DNA of 64,000 bases from Colwellia psychrerythraea (lineage in GTDB: Bacteria > Pseudomonadota > Gammaproteobacteria > Enterobacterales > Alteromonadaceae): positions 1,933-65,932 of the forward strand of contig MAAF01000024.1 of NCBI GenBank assembly GCA_002163005.1, written 5' to 3'. A program made the translations under genes and the position numbers. Below are positions 42,301 to 53,469 of the stretch, in pieces (the stretch's first letter is position 1; each line of letters begins with the position of its first letter). Below the pieces are notes generated by a model. The model saw only the letters and a program-made list of their open reading frames with translations. It had not been told where the DNA came from and searched no databases.

Positions 42301-42961
42301 GAAACATCACCTCATTAGTGGCGACCACGGGTAAGTTTTCTTGTTCGGCTAAGTCGACTGCAAGGTGGATGTAATTTTCTTCATCGTCTCGACCCGTTCT
42401 CACTAATTCAAGAAAAAAACAACGATCGAAATGTTGCTGATAGAAGCTGACCATTTCAGCAACTAATTCTGTATTGCCTTTTAATAAGGCTTTACCAATA
42501 TCTCCTTCTCGTCCCCCCGAGAGAATGATTAAACCTTCTTTAAATTCAACTAGCCATGACTTATCAATAACGGCTTTATTTTGTACGTGTCCACGCATAT
42601 AAGCTTTAGAGATAAGTTCAGTTATATTTTTATAACCAACATTGTTAGTTGTAAGCACGACTATCCGTGATAGCTCATCTTCTAACTCTTCACTTTTCAC
42701 CCAAAAGTCGCAACCTATAATGGGTTTAATACCAGCACCATGAGCAGCATGATAATACTTAACAAGACCGCATAAGTTAGTTTGGTCTGTTAAGGCAAGC
42801 GCTGGCATATTGAGCTCAACAGCTTTGCCAATGATGGGCTTAACTTTCTTTAAACCATCACACATAGAAAAGTCACTATGTACGCGTAAATGGATAAATT
42901 TAGGTGGTACAAAAACGTTTGGTTCTTCTTCTGTAAATATCTCAGTCGTGCTTTTAGTCAT
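39395..42961 (-). CDS. dnaE: DNA polymerase III alpha subunit
   Basis: 1188 aa; [37 protein letters not shown]-fold. Confidence 0.97.
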   Translation of the reverse strand: MTKSTTEIFTEEEPNVFVPPKFIHLRVHSDFSMCDGLKKVKPIIGKAVELNMPALALTDQTNLCGLVKYYHAAHGAGIKPIIGCDFWVKSEELEDELSRIVVLTTNNVGYKNITELISKAYMRGHVQNKAVIDKSWLVEFKEGLIILSGGREGDIGKALLKGNTELVAEMVSFYQQHFDRCFFLELVRTGRDDEENYIHLAVDLAEQENLPVVATNEVMFLSPDDFDAHEIRVAIHDGFTLDDKRRPKRYSSEQYLRSEAEMCELFSDIPEALANSVEIAKRCNVTVTLGEYVLPDFPTEGLEINDFFIKVSEKGLEKRLDQLFDRQADDFAQIRKPYDERLAIELEVVNNMGFPGYFLIVMEFIQWSKDNNIPVGPGRGSGAGSLIAYALDITDLDPLEYDLLFERFLNPERVSMPDFDIDFCMDRRDEVIDHVAELYGRDAVSQIITFGTMAAKAVIRDVGRVLGHPYGFVDRISKLIPPTPGMTLAKAFEEEPKLPEIYAQDSEVKDLIDMCRILEGTTRNAGKHAGGVVISPTTITDFAPLYCDDEGNNPVTQFDKNDVEDAGLVKFDFLGLRTLTILQWAIEMADAKLLKAGKEPIDITKINLEDKASFKLLLASKTTAVFQLESSGMKSLIDKLKPDCFEDIIALVALFRPGPLQSGMVDNFIERKHGREEVSYPDATWQHEDLQPVLEPTYGIILYQEQVMQIAQVLAGYSLGGADMLRRAMGKKKPEEMAKQRAGFEQGAKDRGVDGELAMKIFDLVEKFAGYGFNKSHSAAYALVSYQTLWMKTHFPAPFMAAVMSADMDNTEKIVTLVDECGNMEIDLLPPDVNAGQYKFTVNDDNQIVYGIGAVKGVGEGPIEAIISARQSDGPFTDLFDFCARLDLKKTNKRVLEKLIKSGAMDSLGPKYVQGTAKEQGANRAALFETLPEAIKAAEQHAKAESLGQNDLFGLINDEQTDSRQTFKEVRAWPEEKWLDGEKETLGLYLTGHPINRYLTEIKKYSSSRLVVMQPTGRDRQAVAVGLVIGVRVLVNKRGRRWALVTLDDKSARMDIRLFPDDYDRFAEMLVNDAILVCSGQVSFDDYSGGNTMTARDIMTITDARENYLSSIDIQVDNSLIADDFIEQFTQVLTPFKEGTCPVRVFYQREEAQAMLELGVQWRVTPTDMLLYELKTLLGEERVAMEFK

Positions 42962-43607
42962 GGTATGTACCTAATACTCTCGCTACAGGTTTAAAGCTTT
43001 GTCGATAGCAATCAAGTACGCCATGCTCGATAATTTTTTCTAAATGGAGTTTGGTTGGATAACCTTTGTGTTTGGCAAAGCCATACTGGGGGTAGAGTTC
43101 ATCTAAAGCAATCATTTCACTATCACGTGCTACTTTAGCAATTATGGAAGCCGCACTTATTTCTGCCACTCGAGCATCACCTTTAACCACTGCTTGGCTA
43201 GCTATTTTCAAACTGTGTTGCTCCGCCTCACTAGCATTACACAGGAATGTAGGACAACGATTACCATCGACAAGTACAAAATCAGGTTCAACATTTAGGC
43301 CTGCAACAGCGCGCTGCATGGCAAGCATAGTTGCGTGTAATATATTTAAGGTATCAATTTCTTGTGGGTTTGCACGCCCTATTGACCAAGCAACTGCCTT
43401 TTTCTTTATTTCAATAGATAATAAGGTGCGTTTCTTTTCTGACAGTTTTTTTGAGTCCATCAATCCTTCAATAGGGTTGTCGGGATCTAAAATAACAGCC
43501 GCGGTAACCACATCACCAACCAAAGGACCGCGGCCAACTTCATCAACACCAGCGATACAGTAGGCTATCGGGTACTCAAAATCGGGAAAAGTTTGCTTAG
43601 TCGCCAT
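42954..43607 (-). CDS. rnhB: Ribonuclease HII
   Basis: 217 aa; [29 protein letters not shown]. Confidence 0.95.
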   Translation of the reverse strand: MATKQTFPDFEYPIAYCIAGVDEVGRGPLVGDVVTAAVILDPDNPIEGLMDSKKLSEKKRTLLSIEIKKKAVAWSIGRANPQEIDTLNILHATMLAMQRAVAGLNVEPDFVLVDGNRCPTFLCNASEAEQHSLKIASQAVVKGDARVAEISAASIIAKVARDSEMIALDELYPQYGFAKHKGYPTKLHLEKIIEHGVLDCYRQSFKPVARVLGTYHD

Positions 43608-43636
43608 AAATATATTCTTATATTATTAGTTGGTTG

Positions 43637-44824
43637 TTAGTTATTAGTTGTTATTGCTAAAGGCTTAGTAGATAAAACATCAAGTACCGCTTTAGCTGCT
43701 TGTTTACTCGCGTCACATTTTAGTTGTTGATGTATTGCAGTAAAACTATCATTCAATTGGCTTTGATCCTGATATAGACGCTCTTTAACCAAAGGCACAA
43801 TATTTTCAGGGCAAACTTCTTTTTGCAATAATTCAGGTACTAAGGATTTGTTTGTTAATAAGTTTGGAAGAGAGAACCACTTTAACTTAACAAACCTACG
43901 GCCTAAGAAAAAGGTTATTGGGCTAAATTTATAACAAATAACCATGGGCCGTTTAATTAACGCTGCTTCTAAAGTGACAGTACCTGAAGCAGTTAATAGA
44001 CAATCACTTGCTGTCATTACTTCTTGCGTTTGATTAAGGATAATCTCTACAGTTAAGTCAGGAGCAAACTCTGCTTTAAGGGTTTTAAATTGCTCGACTC
44101 TCTGCTCACTGATCATAGGCGCCACAAAAAGCAGCTCACTATCTTGATCTTGCAATTGCTTAGCACTTTCAAAAAAGTCTTCAAGTAAACGTGATAATTC
44201 ACCGCCACGGCTACCCGGCATCAATGCCAGAATTTTTTTATCCTGTGCTAAACCAAGATTATTCCTAGCTAAAACTTTATCACTTTGCATCGGAATATCA
44301 TCTGCAAGAGGATGACCAACAAAGGTGCAAGGCACATTGTGCTTATCATAAAATGCTTTTTCGAAAGGCAACAAAGCTAAGACCATGTCTGTTGCTTTGG
44401 CTATTTTGAAAATACGCTTTTCACGCCACGCCCAAACTGACGGGCTAACATAATGAACAGTTTTAATACCTTGTTTTTTAAGCTTTAATTCAAGACCTAT
44501 ATTAAAGTCAGGTGCATCAATACCAATAAACACATCAGGTTTATTAGTAATAAAAAAATCGGTTAAGGTTTTACGGACATGTAATAAACGTCTGATTCGG
44601 CCAAGCACTTCAACGAGTCCCATGACCGATAATTCGTCCATAGCGAATAGGCTTTCAAAACCTAATGCTTGCATCTTGGGACCGCCAATACCGATGAATT
44701 TAGCATTCGGATGAGTCTGGCGTAAGGAAGTTATAAGGCCTGCACCGAGCGTATCACCTGAATGTTCACCAACAACAATGGCAAAGATAGTTTGTGGGTC
44801 AGCATTTTGATTTTGAGTAGTCAT
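43637..44824 (-). CDS. lpxB: Lipid A disaccharide synthase
   Basis: 395 aa; GEHSGD, IDAPDFN, HYVSPSVWAWR, PGSR. Confidence 0.95.
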   Translation of the reverse strand: MTTQNQNADPQTIFAIVVGEHSGDTLGAGLITSLRQTHPNAKFIGIGGPKMQALGFESLFAMDELSVMGLVEVLGRIRRLLHVRKTLTDFFITNKPDVFIGIDAPDFNIGLELKLKKQGIKTVHYVSPSVWAWREKRIFKIAKATDMVLALLPFEKAFYDKHNVPCTFVGHPLADDIPMQSDKVLARNNLGLAQDKKILALMPGSRGGELSRLLEDFFESAKQLQDQDSELLFVAPMISEQRVEQFKTLKAEFAPDLTVEIILNQTQEVMTASDCLLTASGTVTLEAALIKRPMVICYKFSPITFFLGRRFVKLKWFSLPNLLTNKSLVPELLQKEVCPENIVPLVKERLYQDQSQLNDSFTAIHQQLKCDASKQAAKAVLDVLSTKPLAITTNN

Positions 44825-44899
44825 AGGCGTTAAAGGTACTTAGAGTTAATAGTACTTGTATTAAGATGAATACTTAATACAAGTACTAACGGCACATGT

Positions 44900-45670
44900 T
44901 TAACGAATGATACCGCGATTAGATTCTTTGATTGAATTACAAAATGCTAGTAATTCTGGAGATTGTTCAGGCATGTCACTGATAGCACTTAATGCTTCTT
45001 CAACAGAAAGCCCTTGGCGATATAGTACTTTATAGGCACGTTTTATTGTTAAAATAGTCTCTTTAGTAAAACCACGGCGCTTTAACCCTTCACTATTTAA
45101 GCCAAATGGTTTTGCCGGTTGACCTGAAGCCATAACATAAGCAGGTACATCTTTCAGTATTAAGGCATTACCAGCAATAAAACTATGAGCGCCAATATGA
45201 CAGAATTGATGAACACCTACCATGCCGCCAATAATGGCATGATCACCGACATGGACGTGACCTGCAATAGAAGCATTATTTGCAAAAATACAATGACTAC
45301 CAACGATACAATCGTGGGCGACATGGGTATAAGCCATAAATAAATTGTTACTGCCAATTTGAGTAATACTCTTATCTTGAATCGTGCCACGGTGAACAGT
45401 GCAAGACTCTCGAAAAGTATTGTTGTCACCAATGATCAATTCGGTTGGTTCGCCAGCGTATTTAATGTCCTGACAGTCTTCACCAATACTGGCAAATTGA
45501 AAAATACGGTTACCTTTACCAATACGGCTTGGGCCATTAATAACCACATGCGAGCTGATTTCACAGTTATCACCAATAACAACGTTACTAGCGATATAAG
45601 TCCATGGACCTATGGAAACATTTTTGCCGATAACGGCACCTGGTTCAATAATAGCTTGAGGATGAATCAT
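44900..45670 (-). CDS. lpxA: UDP-N-acetylglucosamine acyltransferase
   Basis: 256 aa hexapeptide repeats; HVAHDC, GVHQF. Confidence 0.95.
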   Translation of the reverse strand: MIHPQAIIEPGAVIGKNVSIGPWTYIASNVVIGDNCEISSHVVINGPSRIGKGNRIFQFASIGEDCQDIKYAGEPTELIIGDNNTFRESCTVHRGTIQDKSITQIGSNNLFMAYTHVAHDCIVGSHCIFANNASIAGHVHVGDHAIIGGMVGVHQFCHIGAHSFIAGNALILKDVPAYVMASGQPAKPFGLNSEGLKRRGFTKETILTIKRAYKVLYRQGLSVEEALSAISDMPEQSPELLAFCNSIKESNRGIIR

Positions 45671-45728
45671 ACATTTAATCTTCTAATAGGTAAGTAAGCG
45701 TTTTCTAAATAACAGATGTAATGGCAAT

Positions 45729-46181
45729 TTATAAAGGACGTCTTGCACACATAAGATCGGCACTACAAACCACTTTACCATCAACCCTAGCTTCACCATA
45801 GAACTTCCACATACCTCGACGTTCTTTAATAAACTCAACATGCAAGTGCATGGTGTCTCCTGGTAATACTGGTTTTTTAAATTTAGCTTTATCTATTGAG
45901 GCAAATAAATACATCTCATTGGCATCACGTCCTTCTGTGCTTTTAAAACCCAAAATACCTGTCGCCTGTGCTAACGCCTCTAAAATCAAAACACCTGGAA
46001 AAATTGCTAACTCAGGAAAATGCCCCGTAAAAACAGGCTCGTTTATCGTGACATTTTTAATAGCATGTAACGTTTTACCTGGTTCATGATCAATAACTTT
46101 ATCTACTAATAACATCGGGTATCTGTGAGGTATCAACGTTTTTATTTCGTTAAGATCGATAGGTTTTTTTACAGTTTCCAA
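45729..46181 (-). CDS. fabZ: 3-hydroxyacyl-ACP dehydratase
   Basis: 150 aa; [25 protein letters not shown]; TTG start. Confidence 0.95.
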   Translation of the reverse strand: METVKKPIDLNEIKTLIPHRYPMLLVDKVIDHEPGKTLHAIKNVTINEPVFTGHFPELAIFPGVLILEALAQATGILGFKSTEGRDANEMYLFASIDKAKFKKPVLPGDTMHLHVEFIKERRGMWKFYGEARVDGKVVCSADLMCARRPL

Positions 46182-46308
46182 ATGAATATTCCTTGTTGGC
46201 TAGCGCGATTAACTAATAAATTAGCTAACCGCTCACTATATTTACGTCAGCGTCGTCTTGAGTGATAGAAAGACTTTGGAGTATTTTACTCATTGGTGGG
46301 GTTAATAG

Positions 46309-47352
46309 CTAGTTTTTCGCGAGTAATTTTTCTAACTCTTTAACACGTTTAGTCAAGCTATCGAGTCGTTTAAGTCTCGCATTATTTTTATTCCATTCTT
46401 TATTTGGTACTACTGGCATACCAGAAGAATACACCCCCGCTTGAGTGATATTCTTAGTTACCATTGCCATACCAGTAAATACACAGTTATCGGCAATAGT
46501 GATATGACCATTAACGCCTACCAGACCAGCAATAGTACAATTTTTACCTATGACTGTGCTACCAGCAATAACAGTACAACCTGCTATGGCAGTATTTTCG
46601 CCAACGATGACATTGTGAGCTATTTGAATTTGGTTATCTAAAATTACACCATCTTTTATTTCAGTATTATCCAGTGCCCCTCTGTCAATAGTAGTACTCG
46701 CACCAATCTCAACATGATTACCAATAATTACGCTGCCAAGCTGTGGAATTTTATGCCATTTATACTGACCTGTTACAGGCGCATAGCCAAAACCATCCGA
46801 GCCAATAACGGTGTTTGCCTGAATTAAGCAATGATGGCCAATTTCTACTCGATGATAAATAGTAATATTGGCCCAGAGTGTCGTTGACTCACCAATTTTA
46901 GCACCATGACCAATAAAGCAGCCTGCACCAATACTAACGTTATTAGCTAATTGTACACCTGACTCAATAACCGTATTAGCGCCAACGCTAACATTTTCAC
47001 CGATAAAAACATCTTCGGCAATAACAGCATTGGGATGAATCCCACAAGACACTTTTGGGGTACTATCGAGTAAACTCGCAAGCATGGCATAGCCCATATA
47101 GGGGTTATCCATAACAAGTGCACTCACTGGACAGCATTCTACGGCATCAGGGGATACAATAACGGCACTCGCATTAGTTGAACTCAGTTGTTGCTTATAT
47201 TTACTATTAGCAAGAAAAGCTATATCTCCTGTGCCAGCATTTGCTAAGGTTGCTAAGCCACTGATTTTAGTTAGTGCTTGCTGTTCTAGCGCTGCTGGCA
47301 CTATTAATTTAGCGTCTAGCTTGATAGCAATTTCAGCTAACGTGTAAGTCAT
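46309..47352 (-). CDS. lpxD: UDP-3-O-acylglucosamine N-acyltransferase
   Basis: 347 aa; hexapeptide repeats, GSDGFGY, IDRGALD, QIAHNV. Confidence 0.95.
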   Translation of the reverse strand: MTYTLAEIAIKLDAKLIVPAALEQQALTKISGLATLANAGTGDIAFLANSKYKQQLSSTNASAVIVSPDAVECCPVSALVMDNPYMGYAMLASLLDSTPKVSCGIHPNAVIAEDVFIGENVSVGANTVIESGVQLANNVSIGAGCFIGHGAKIGESTTLWANITIYHRVEIGHHCLIQANTVIGSDGFGYAPVTGQYKWHKIPQLGSVIIGNHVEIGASTTIDRGALDNTEIKDGVILDNQIQIAHNVIVGENTAIAGCTVIAGSTVIGKNCTIAGLVGVNGHITIADNCVFTGMAMVTKNITQAGVYSSGMPVVPNKEWNKNNARLKRLDSLTKRVKELEKLLAKN

Positions 47353-47410
47353 AATGGGCCTTTACTGTGATTAGTAACATAAGTATCTGTCTTAATGATA
47401 ATTAAGTAGC

Positions 47411-47929
47411 CTATTTAAGTTTACTTACTTGCTCTACCACAATATCAGTGAGGCTAGCATCTGGTTTAGCATAAACCACAGCTTGTTGAGAAAGCACTAA
47501 GTCATAATCTTGTTTAACTGCAATATTGTCTACCGCTTGACGAACTAAGGCTATAATTTTATTAGTTTCTTGGTTTTGACGTTGGCTAGCTTTTTCTTGC
47601 AAAGCTTTCCCTTTTACTTGGTATTCTTGAAATAGAGACTTAACTTTTACATTAAGCTCTTCTTTTTCTTTTACGCTCATTAATGAACCATCACGCTTGA
47701 GCTTTTCTTGATAATATTTAATATCTTTTTCAAGCTGTGTAATAATAGCTTTTTCGTCTTTAAATTCGGCTTCTAAGCTTTGCATTAATGCGGCCGTTTG
47801 CGGTATTTTACTCATCACTTCTTGAAAGTTAACTACCCCAATTTTTTGATCTGCTGCCATAGCTGAACTTGCTAATAACATACCTGATGCTGCGACGCCC
47901 ATAACCATAGTTTTGATAACTTTATTCAA
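47411..47929 (-). CDS. skp: Periplasmic chaperone Skp/OmpH
   Basis: 172 aa with signal peptide and coiled coil; between bamA and lpxD. Confidence 0.9.
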   Translation of the reverse strand: MNKVIKTMVMGVAASGMLLASSAMAADQKIGVVNFQEVMSKIPQTAALMQSLEAEFKDEKAIITQLEKDIKYYQEKLKRDGSLMSVKEKEELNVKVKSLFQEYQVKGKALQEKASQRQNQETNKIIALVRQAVDNIAVKQDYDLVLSQQAVVYAKPDASLTDIVVEQVSKLK

Positions 47930-48038
47930 CGTTGTTCCCCTTTATTTATTATTTGTTACTTGCAATTTTCACAGAGTAAGTATACCTGCCGATTAATATA
48001 ACAAGATTAATTCATTTCACGCAGTTAAAACCTGCATT

Positions 48039-50498
48039 TTAAAATGTTTTTCCTATGTTAAAGCTAAAGAATGATAAATCATCACCCTCTTCTTCTCTAA
48101 CCGATCTAGCAAAACTAAAAATCATTGGTCCCATTGGCGAAAGCCATTGCAATGAAATACCTGCGGAGCTACGAAAGCGCCCTGGATCTGAATAGTCATC
48201 AATTTTAGCGAATTCTTCAGGCGATAAATTGGAATAACTTGCCATGTTAAATTCTGTGTCCCAAACGGTACCAGCGTCCCAAAAAATACTGGTACGTACG
48301 CTGTTTGAGTAACTTTCATCTAAGAAAGGCGTTGGCACTATTAATTCTAAACCCGCAAGTGCCATCGCATTACCACCGACAGAGCTTTGCGATAAAGCAA
48401 TAGAGTCATTGTCAGGGCCTAAACAACAACCACCACCGGGGAGTTGTTTCGGACTACGGTATACTGCGCGAGGTCCAACGCTGTTATTTTCAAAACCACG
48501 CAAAGAATCAGAACCACCTGCACTAAAGTTCTCCCAAAATGGTAATAATTGATCATTGCCATCAACGCTTCCGTAACCATTGGCGTAACCTAACTGTATA
48601 CGCGTTAATACTGACCATTTTTGACTTCGTGTTAGTGGGAAGTAAAATTTAGCATCATAGTTTAGTTTGAAGTATTGTAAATCAGACTTTGGTGACGTCA
48701 TTTTCGCATTAAATCTTTGTTGAGAGCCTGACGTAGGGAAAGTTCCTCGGTTTAATGTACTTCGCGATAACCCCGCATTTAAATCTAACGTTTTAAAGGC
48801 AAGTTGGCCATCGGGATCGTTAGGGTCGGCATAGATGTCATAAAAGTTTTGAATTTGATCATATGCTTGTAATTGTGATATTTGGTTATATTTCCAACCT
48901 ACACCAAAGTTTAAACGAAGATATTCATTGACTGGAAAACCCCAATTAAGACCTAAGCCAAAGGTTTTGTTTTTATATTCAACCAAGTTGGCATTGCCAG
49001 CATCATACTCACTGTAATACACCTGTCCACCAAGCGAAACAGCATCAACGGTAAAGTAAGGGTCAGTGTACGAGATCGTGGCATTTTTCTGATAACTATT
49101 TCTCGCTATATTAAAACCAAGTTGATTACCAGTACCTAAAAAGTTATTTTGTTGTACACCAGCATTAATGCTTAATTTTGTTTCTGAACCGTAACCTATA
49201 CCCGCATTAAATGACCCTGAAGGCTGCTCTTTGACGGTAAAGTCGATATCAACTAAGTCATCTTCACCTTCAATTTGCTTAGTTTCAAACTCAACAGTTT
49301 CCATATATGGTAGACGTTGTAGCCAGGACTTTGATGACTCGACCACACTGTTAGATAACCAGGCACCCTCCATTTGTCGCATTTCACGGCGTAATACGTT
49401 ATCAGCAGTGACATGATTACCCGTGAAGTTTATACGATTTACATAAACGCGCTTCCCTGGGTCAACTGATATTGATAATTTAACGGTGTGGTTTTCATCA
49501 TTCACCTCTGGAATGGTTCTCACTTTAGGGTAAGCATAACCATAGCGCCCTAAGAATTTACTAATAACTTCTTCAGTATAAGTAACCTCTGCACCGTTAT
49601 ATAGCTCATCTGCTTGTAATGGGTTAATAGCACGGATGGTATTTTCAAAACCTGCCATATCCCCGACAAAATCAACACCACTGATGGTATAAGTTTCACC
49701 TTCACTGACGTTAAGGGCAATATAAACCGCTTTTTTATCTGGTGTCATTGATACTTGAGTAGAGTCTACCTTAAAGCGCAAGTAGCCACGATTAAGATAA
49801 TAACTATTAATCGTTTCCATATCCCCTTGTAACGTTTGCTTCTGGTATCTATCTTGCGCCATAAAATTCCACCAAGGGGAATCATACGTTAACTCAATTT
49901 TATCCAGAATTTCAGTATCAGAAAAAACCTCGTTACCGACAATATTTATTTGCTTGATAGCTGCGGAATCGCCCTCAACAAAAGAAAACTCTAAATTAAC
50001 TCGGTTTCTTGGTAAATGAGTAACTTTAGCAGTGACTTTAGCATTGTACTTACCGACACTATGATAGAAGTTCTCTAACCCCATTTCTATACCAGAGATA
50101 ACGGTGCGATCAAGGGTTTCACCTACACGAATATTACTGCCATCAAGACTTTCTGTTAGCTGTTCATCTTTAAGGTCACTATTACCATCAAACAGAATTT
50201 CACTTATAGTTTCTCGTTCTCTAACACGATAGACCAGACGGTTACCATCACGAAAAACTCGAATATCATTAAAGTGACCGGCTTGATATAAGGCCTTTAT
50301 CGATTGTGAAATTCGAAAGTCATTAAGTTCATCACCAACATTGAAAGGAATATGAGTTAACGCGGCCCCTAAAGCAACACGTTGTAGACCCTTAACTTCG
50401 ATGTCTTCAACTTGAAAGCTTGATGCAGCTTGAGCAGTAGGTACTGATGTTCCTAGCGCACCTAAGAGTAGGGTTAAGGCAATTTTTTTCATGATCAT
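48039..50498 (-). CDS. bamA: Outer-membrane protein assembly factor BamA
   Basis: 819 aa; POTRA region, LRGF motif, C-terminal FNIGKTF. Confidence 0.96.
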   Translation of the reverse strand: MIMKKIALTLLLGALGTSVPTAQAASSFQVEDIEVKGLQRVALGAALTHIPFNVGDELNDFRISQSIKALYQAGHFNDIRVFRDGNRLVYRVRERETISEILFDGNSDLKDEQLTESLDGSNIRVGETLDRTVISGIEMGLENFYHSVGKYNAKVTAKVTHLPRNRVNLEFSFVEGDSAAIKQINIVGNEVFSDTEILDKIELTYDSPWWNFMAQDRYQKQTLQGDMETINSYYLNRGYLRFKVDSTQVSMTPDKKAVYIALNVSEGETYTISGVDFVGDMAGFENTIRAINPLQADELYNGAEVTYTEEVISKFLGRYGYAYPKVRTIPEVNDENHTVKLSISVDPGKRVYVNRINFTGNHVTADNVLRREMRQMEGAWLSNSVVESSKSWLQRLPYMETVEFETKQIEGEDDLVDIDFTVKEQPSGSFNAGIGYGSETKLSINAGVQQNNFLGTGNQLGFNIARNSYQKNATISYTDPYFTVDAVSLGGQVYYSEYDAGNANLVEYKNKTFGLGLNWGFPVNEYLRLNFGVGWKYNQISQLQAYDQIQNFYDIYADPNDPDGQLAFKTLDLNAGLSRSTLNRGTFPTSGSQQRFNAKMTSPKSDLQYFKLNYDAKFYFPLTRSQKWSVLTRIQLGYANGYGSVDGNDQLLPFWENFSAGGSDSLRGFENNSVGPRAVYRSPKQLPGGGCCLGPDNDSIALSQSSVGGNAMALAGLELIVPTPFLDESYSNSVRTSIFWDAGTVWDTEFNMASYSNLSPEEFAKIDDYSDPGRFRSSAGISLQWLSPMGPMIFSFARSVREEEGDDLSFFSFNIGKTF

Positions 50499-50825
50499 AT
50501 ATTATAAACTTCGTTACTTCTTTTTATAAAAACGGTTAGCTACACACTCAATATACTGCAGTGACTCTAACACTAGACTGAGTTCATTAAATGATTCTTA
50601 GTCTATAATATTAGAGTGTTAAGGCTTTAACCTTAAAACTAGCCTCTTCGACTTCCTTTATCCTTCCTTTGAAATCTCATAAAGCTTAATAGCAATATAG
50701 AGCGTATCCTTCCTTCAAACTGTTTAACGTAAAATTATTCTTACATTTATTTCTTAAAATTTTTCAGTTACTTCTTTGTCGCACGCTTTTATAAACGTAA
50801 TATTGGCAAATTTTTTTACAATGAT

Positions 50826-52184
50826 TCAACCCAGAACACGACTAAAATCGTTAAATAAACCAATAGCCATCAACATTAATAATGCTAACGCGCCAAACTT
50901 AAATCCTGTCTCTTGAATTTTCTCTGGCACTTCTTTACCAGTTAAAAGCTCTATAAGATAATAGAGTAAGTGTCCGCCATCAAGTACTGGAAGCGGTAAA
51001 AGGTTAATTATTCCTAAATTAATACTAATTAACGCTAAAAAGCCTAGAAAGTATACAAAACCATGACCTGCACTATTACCTGCACCTTGAGCAATACCAA
51101 TAGGGCCACTTAGATTTTTTACCGATACATCGCCAGTAATAAGTTTCCCTATCATACTGAATGTTAAACTTGTCAAATTCCAAGTACGCTGAGCACTTTC
51201 TTTGAGAGAATCAATAGGCCCATAGCTTAATTCAATTAATAATGATTTTGGCCATGCATCTACTTTAGGAGCAACACCAATATATCCGATGATCTTTCCA
51301 GATTGTTTTACTGCATTAGGAATCACAGATAAAGTTATGATCTTACCTTGGCGATTAATAGTTAGTGGCACTTTTTCTTTTGGGAAGCGCTTTATCTCTT
51401 TAGCAAAAGCTATCCAGTCATCGGTCAATATCTCATTAACAGCAATGAGCTTATCACCGACTAAAAGACCAGCCAACTCAGCAGGACTCGCTTCTGCCAC
51501 AGCAGCCAATTCATTATGTACTTTAGGTCTAAAAGGCGTAATACCTAAACTTGTTAAGGCCGACATTTTCTCTGGCGAGAACTGCCAATTACTGGTATCT
51601 AAGGTAAAAGTAGAAACATATTGGCTATCACCTTTTTTCGTTCTAATTGTAATTTCTTTATTGCCAATTTGCCCAATTAGCGCAAGGTTAACGTCTTGCC
51701 AGTCCCGAGTTGTACTGCCCGCGACACTAACAATCTCTGTGTCCTTTGTTAGATTAGCTTTTGCTGCAATTGAGCTTGGTATAATATTGCCAATCATTGG
51801 TTTTACACTTGGAACACCAATGAGGAACATTATATACAAAGCAAGTATCGCAAAAATAAAGTTAGCCAAAGGGCCTGCTGCGACAATAGCGATACGCTGG
51901 TAAACCGTTTTCGCGTTAAATGTTTTATCTTTATCTTCGGGCCGAACATCATCAACACGCTCATCTAACATTTTGACATAGCCACCTAAAGGTATTATTG
52001 CCAAAACATATTCAGTGCCGTCTTTGCCTATTTTTCGCCAAAGTGGTCGACCAAAACCAACAGAAAATCGCTCAACTTTAACACCGTTTTTTCTAGCAAC
52101 CCAAAAATGGCCATATTCGTGTACTGTGACTAGGATACCTAAAGCAATAACAAAAGATCCTAGGTTCCAAAAAAAATCAATCAT
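50826..52184 (-). CDS. rseP: Intramembrane zinc protease RseP
   Basis: 452 aa; HEYGH, PDZ region, NLLPLPVLDGGH. Confidence 0.95.
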   Translation of the reverse strand: MIDFFWNLGSFVIALGILVTVHEYGHFWVARKNGVKVERFSVGFGRPLWRKIGKDGTEYVLAIIPLGGYVKMLDERVDDVRPEDKDKTFNAKTVYQRIAIVAAGPLANFIFAILALYIMFLIGVPSVKPMIGNIIPSSIAAKANLTKDTEIVSVAGSTTRDWQDVNLALIGQIGNKEITIRTKKGDSQYVSTFTLDTSNWQFSPEKMSALTSLGITPFRPKVHNELAAVAEASPAELAGLLVGDKLIAVNEILTDDWIAFAKEIKRFPKEKVPLTINRQGKIITLSVIPNAVKQSGKIIGYIGVAPKVDAWPKSLLIELSYGPIDSLKESAQRTWNLTSLTFSMIGKLITGDVSVKNLSGPIGIAQGAGNSAGHGFVYFLGFLALISINLGIINLLPLPVLDGGHLLYYLIELLTGKEVPEKIQETGFKFGALALLMLMAIGLFNDFSRVLG

Positions 52185-52185
52185 G

Positions 52186-53421
52186 TTACTTATTACCCTT
52201 TCGCAATACCGACATTGTTTGCAAGAAATCTGTTAACAATGTTTGCGCAAATGAACGCGCTTGCTCATCTAGGGCAATGACCTCATTAATATTATCTACC
52301 TTCTGTGAGACAAATTTTTTCACAGAAGTTTCATTTATTTTATAAATATCGGTAAATTTTATTTTTTCGTCTAAAAAAGCAGCGACAGCTATTTCATTGG
52401 CTGCATTAAGGGCAGTACAAGCAGCTTGACCTTGTTTACACGCTTCAATCGCGAGTTTTAGATTTGGATACCTTTCAAAATCAACAACTTGAAAATCAAA
52501 AGAGCTAGTATTAAAAAAATCTAGCGGTGCTACACCCGATTCAATACGATCAGGAAAACTCAAAGCGTGGGCTATTGGGGTACGCATATCTGGATTGCCC
52601 ATTTGCGCGATCACCGAACCATCTTTGTATTGTACCATTGAATGTATAGTGCTTTGGGGATGTAAGACTACTTGAATATCTTCAGCCTCAACATTGAAGA
52701 GCCACTTAGCCTCAATAAATTCAAGGCCTTTATTCATCATAGTGGCTGAATCAACTGATATTTTACGGCCCATATCCCAGTTGGGGTGGGCGCATGCCTC
52801 TGAAGGTGTTACAGATTCGAGGGTTTCTATAGCTCGGGTTCTAAACGGTCCGCCAGAGCCAGTTAACAATATCTTACTGATACCGTTAGCAAGCAGTTGG
52901 CACTCCCCTATTTTAGTTTGTTGCTGAGATGGCAAACATTGAAAAATGGCATTATGCTCACTGTCGATAGGCAAAAGTTCTGCCCCAGAGGCTTTCACAG
53001 CAGCCATAAAAATAGCGCCTGATGTCACCAAAGCTTCTTTATTTGCTAATAGCACACGTTTCCCGGCATTCACGGCTGCGAGTGTGGGTAACAAACCAGA
53101 GGCGCCGACAATGGATGCCATCACTGTATCTGAAGTTTGACACTCGGCAATGTCAATTAAGGCTTGTTTGCCTGATAACACGGCAATATCACTAACATCA
53201 GCATCAAGTAGTTTTTGAGAAAGCAAAGAGGCATGCTCACTAGAAACTAGCACTACTTGCGATGGTTTAAATTCAATACATTGCTCAAACATCACCTCAA
53301 CACTAGTAAAAGCAGCTAAACTGATTACTTGAAAACGATCAGGGTGGAGTCTTACCACATCGAGAGTACTACAACCAATAGAGCCCGTTGAACCTAATAT
53401 ACAAAGTTGACGTTTAGACAC
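52186..53421 (-). CDS. dxr: 1-deoxy-D-xylulose-5-phosphate reductoisomerase
   Basis: 411 aa; GSTGSIG, LANKE, DSEHNA, KISVDSATMMNKGLE. Confidence 0.96.
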   Translation of the reverse strand: MSKRQLCILGSTGSIGCSTLDVVRLHPDRFQVISLAAFTSVEVMFEQCIEFKPSQVVLVSSEHASLLSQKLLDADVSDIAVLSGKQALIDIAECQTSDTVMASIVGASGLLPTLAAVNAGKRVLLANKEALVTSGAIFMAAVKASGAELLPIDSEHNAIFQCLPSQQQTKIGECQLLANGISKILLTGSGGPFRTRAIETLESVTPSEACAHPNWDMGRKISVDSATMMNKGLEFIEAKWLFNVEAEDIQVVLHPQSTIHSMVQYKDGSVIAQMGNPDMRTPIAHALSFPDRIESGVAPLDFFNTSSFDFQVVDFERYPNLKLAIEACKQGQAACTALNAANEIAVAAFLDEKIKFTDIYKINETSVKKFVSQKVDNINEVIALDEQARSFAQTLLTDFLQTMSVLRKGNK

Positions 53422-53469
53422 GTATTTACCCCAATTAATTTATCAAAATGCTAGAAAATAAAGAAACTA

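Noticed and set aside
39395-42961. Intein in dnaE
   Set aside because: Length is normal and no splicing motifs or large insertion were seen.
43615-43660. Low-complexity TTAG/TTG repeats at the lpxB-rnhB junction
   Set aside because: Short, degenerate and without a fixed period; not a credible contingency locus.
50555-50590. SigmaE promoter for bamA (minus strand GAACTC...TCACT)
   Set aside because: Both elements deviate from GAACTT-N16-TCAAA and the spacing is short.
51289-51903. 204-aa antisense ORF within rseP
   Set aside because: Shadow frame with no independent signals.
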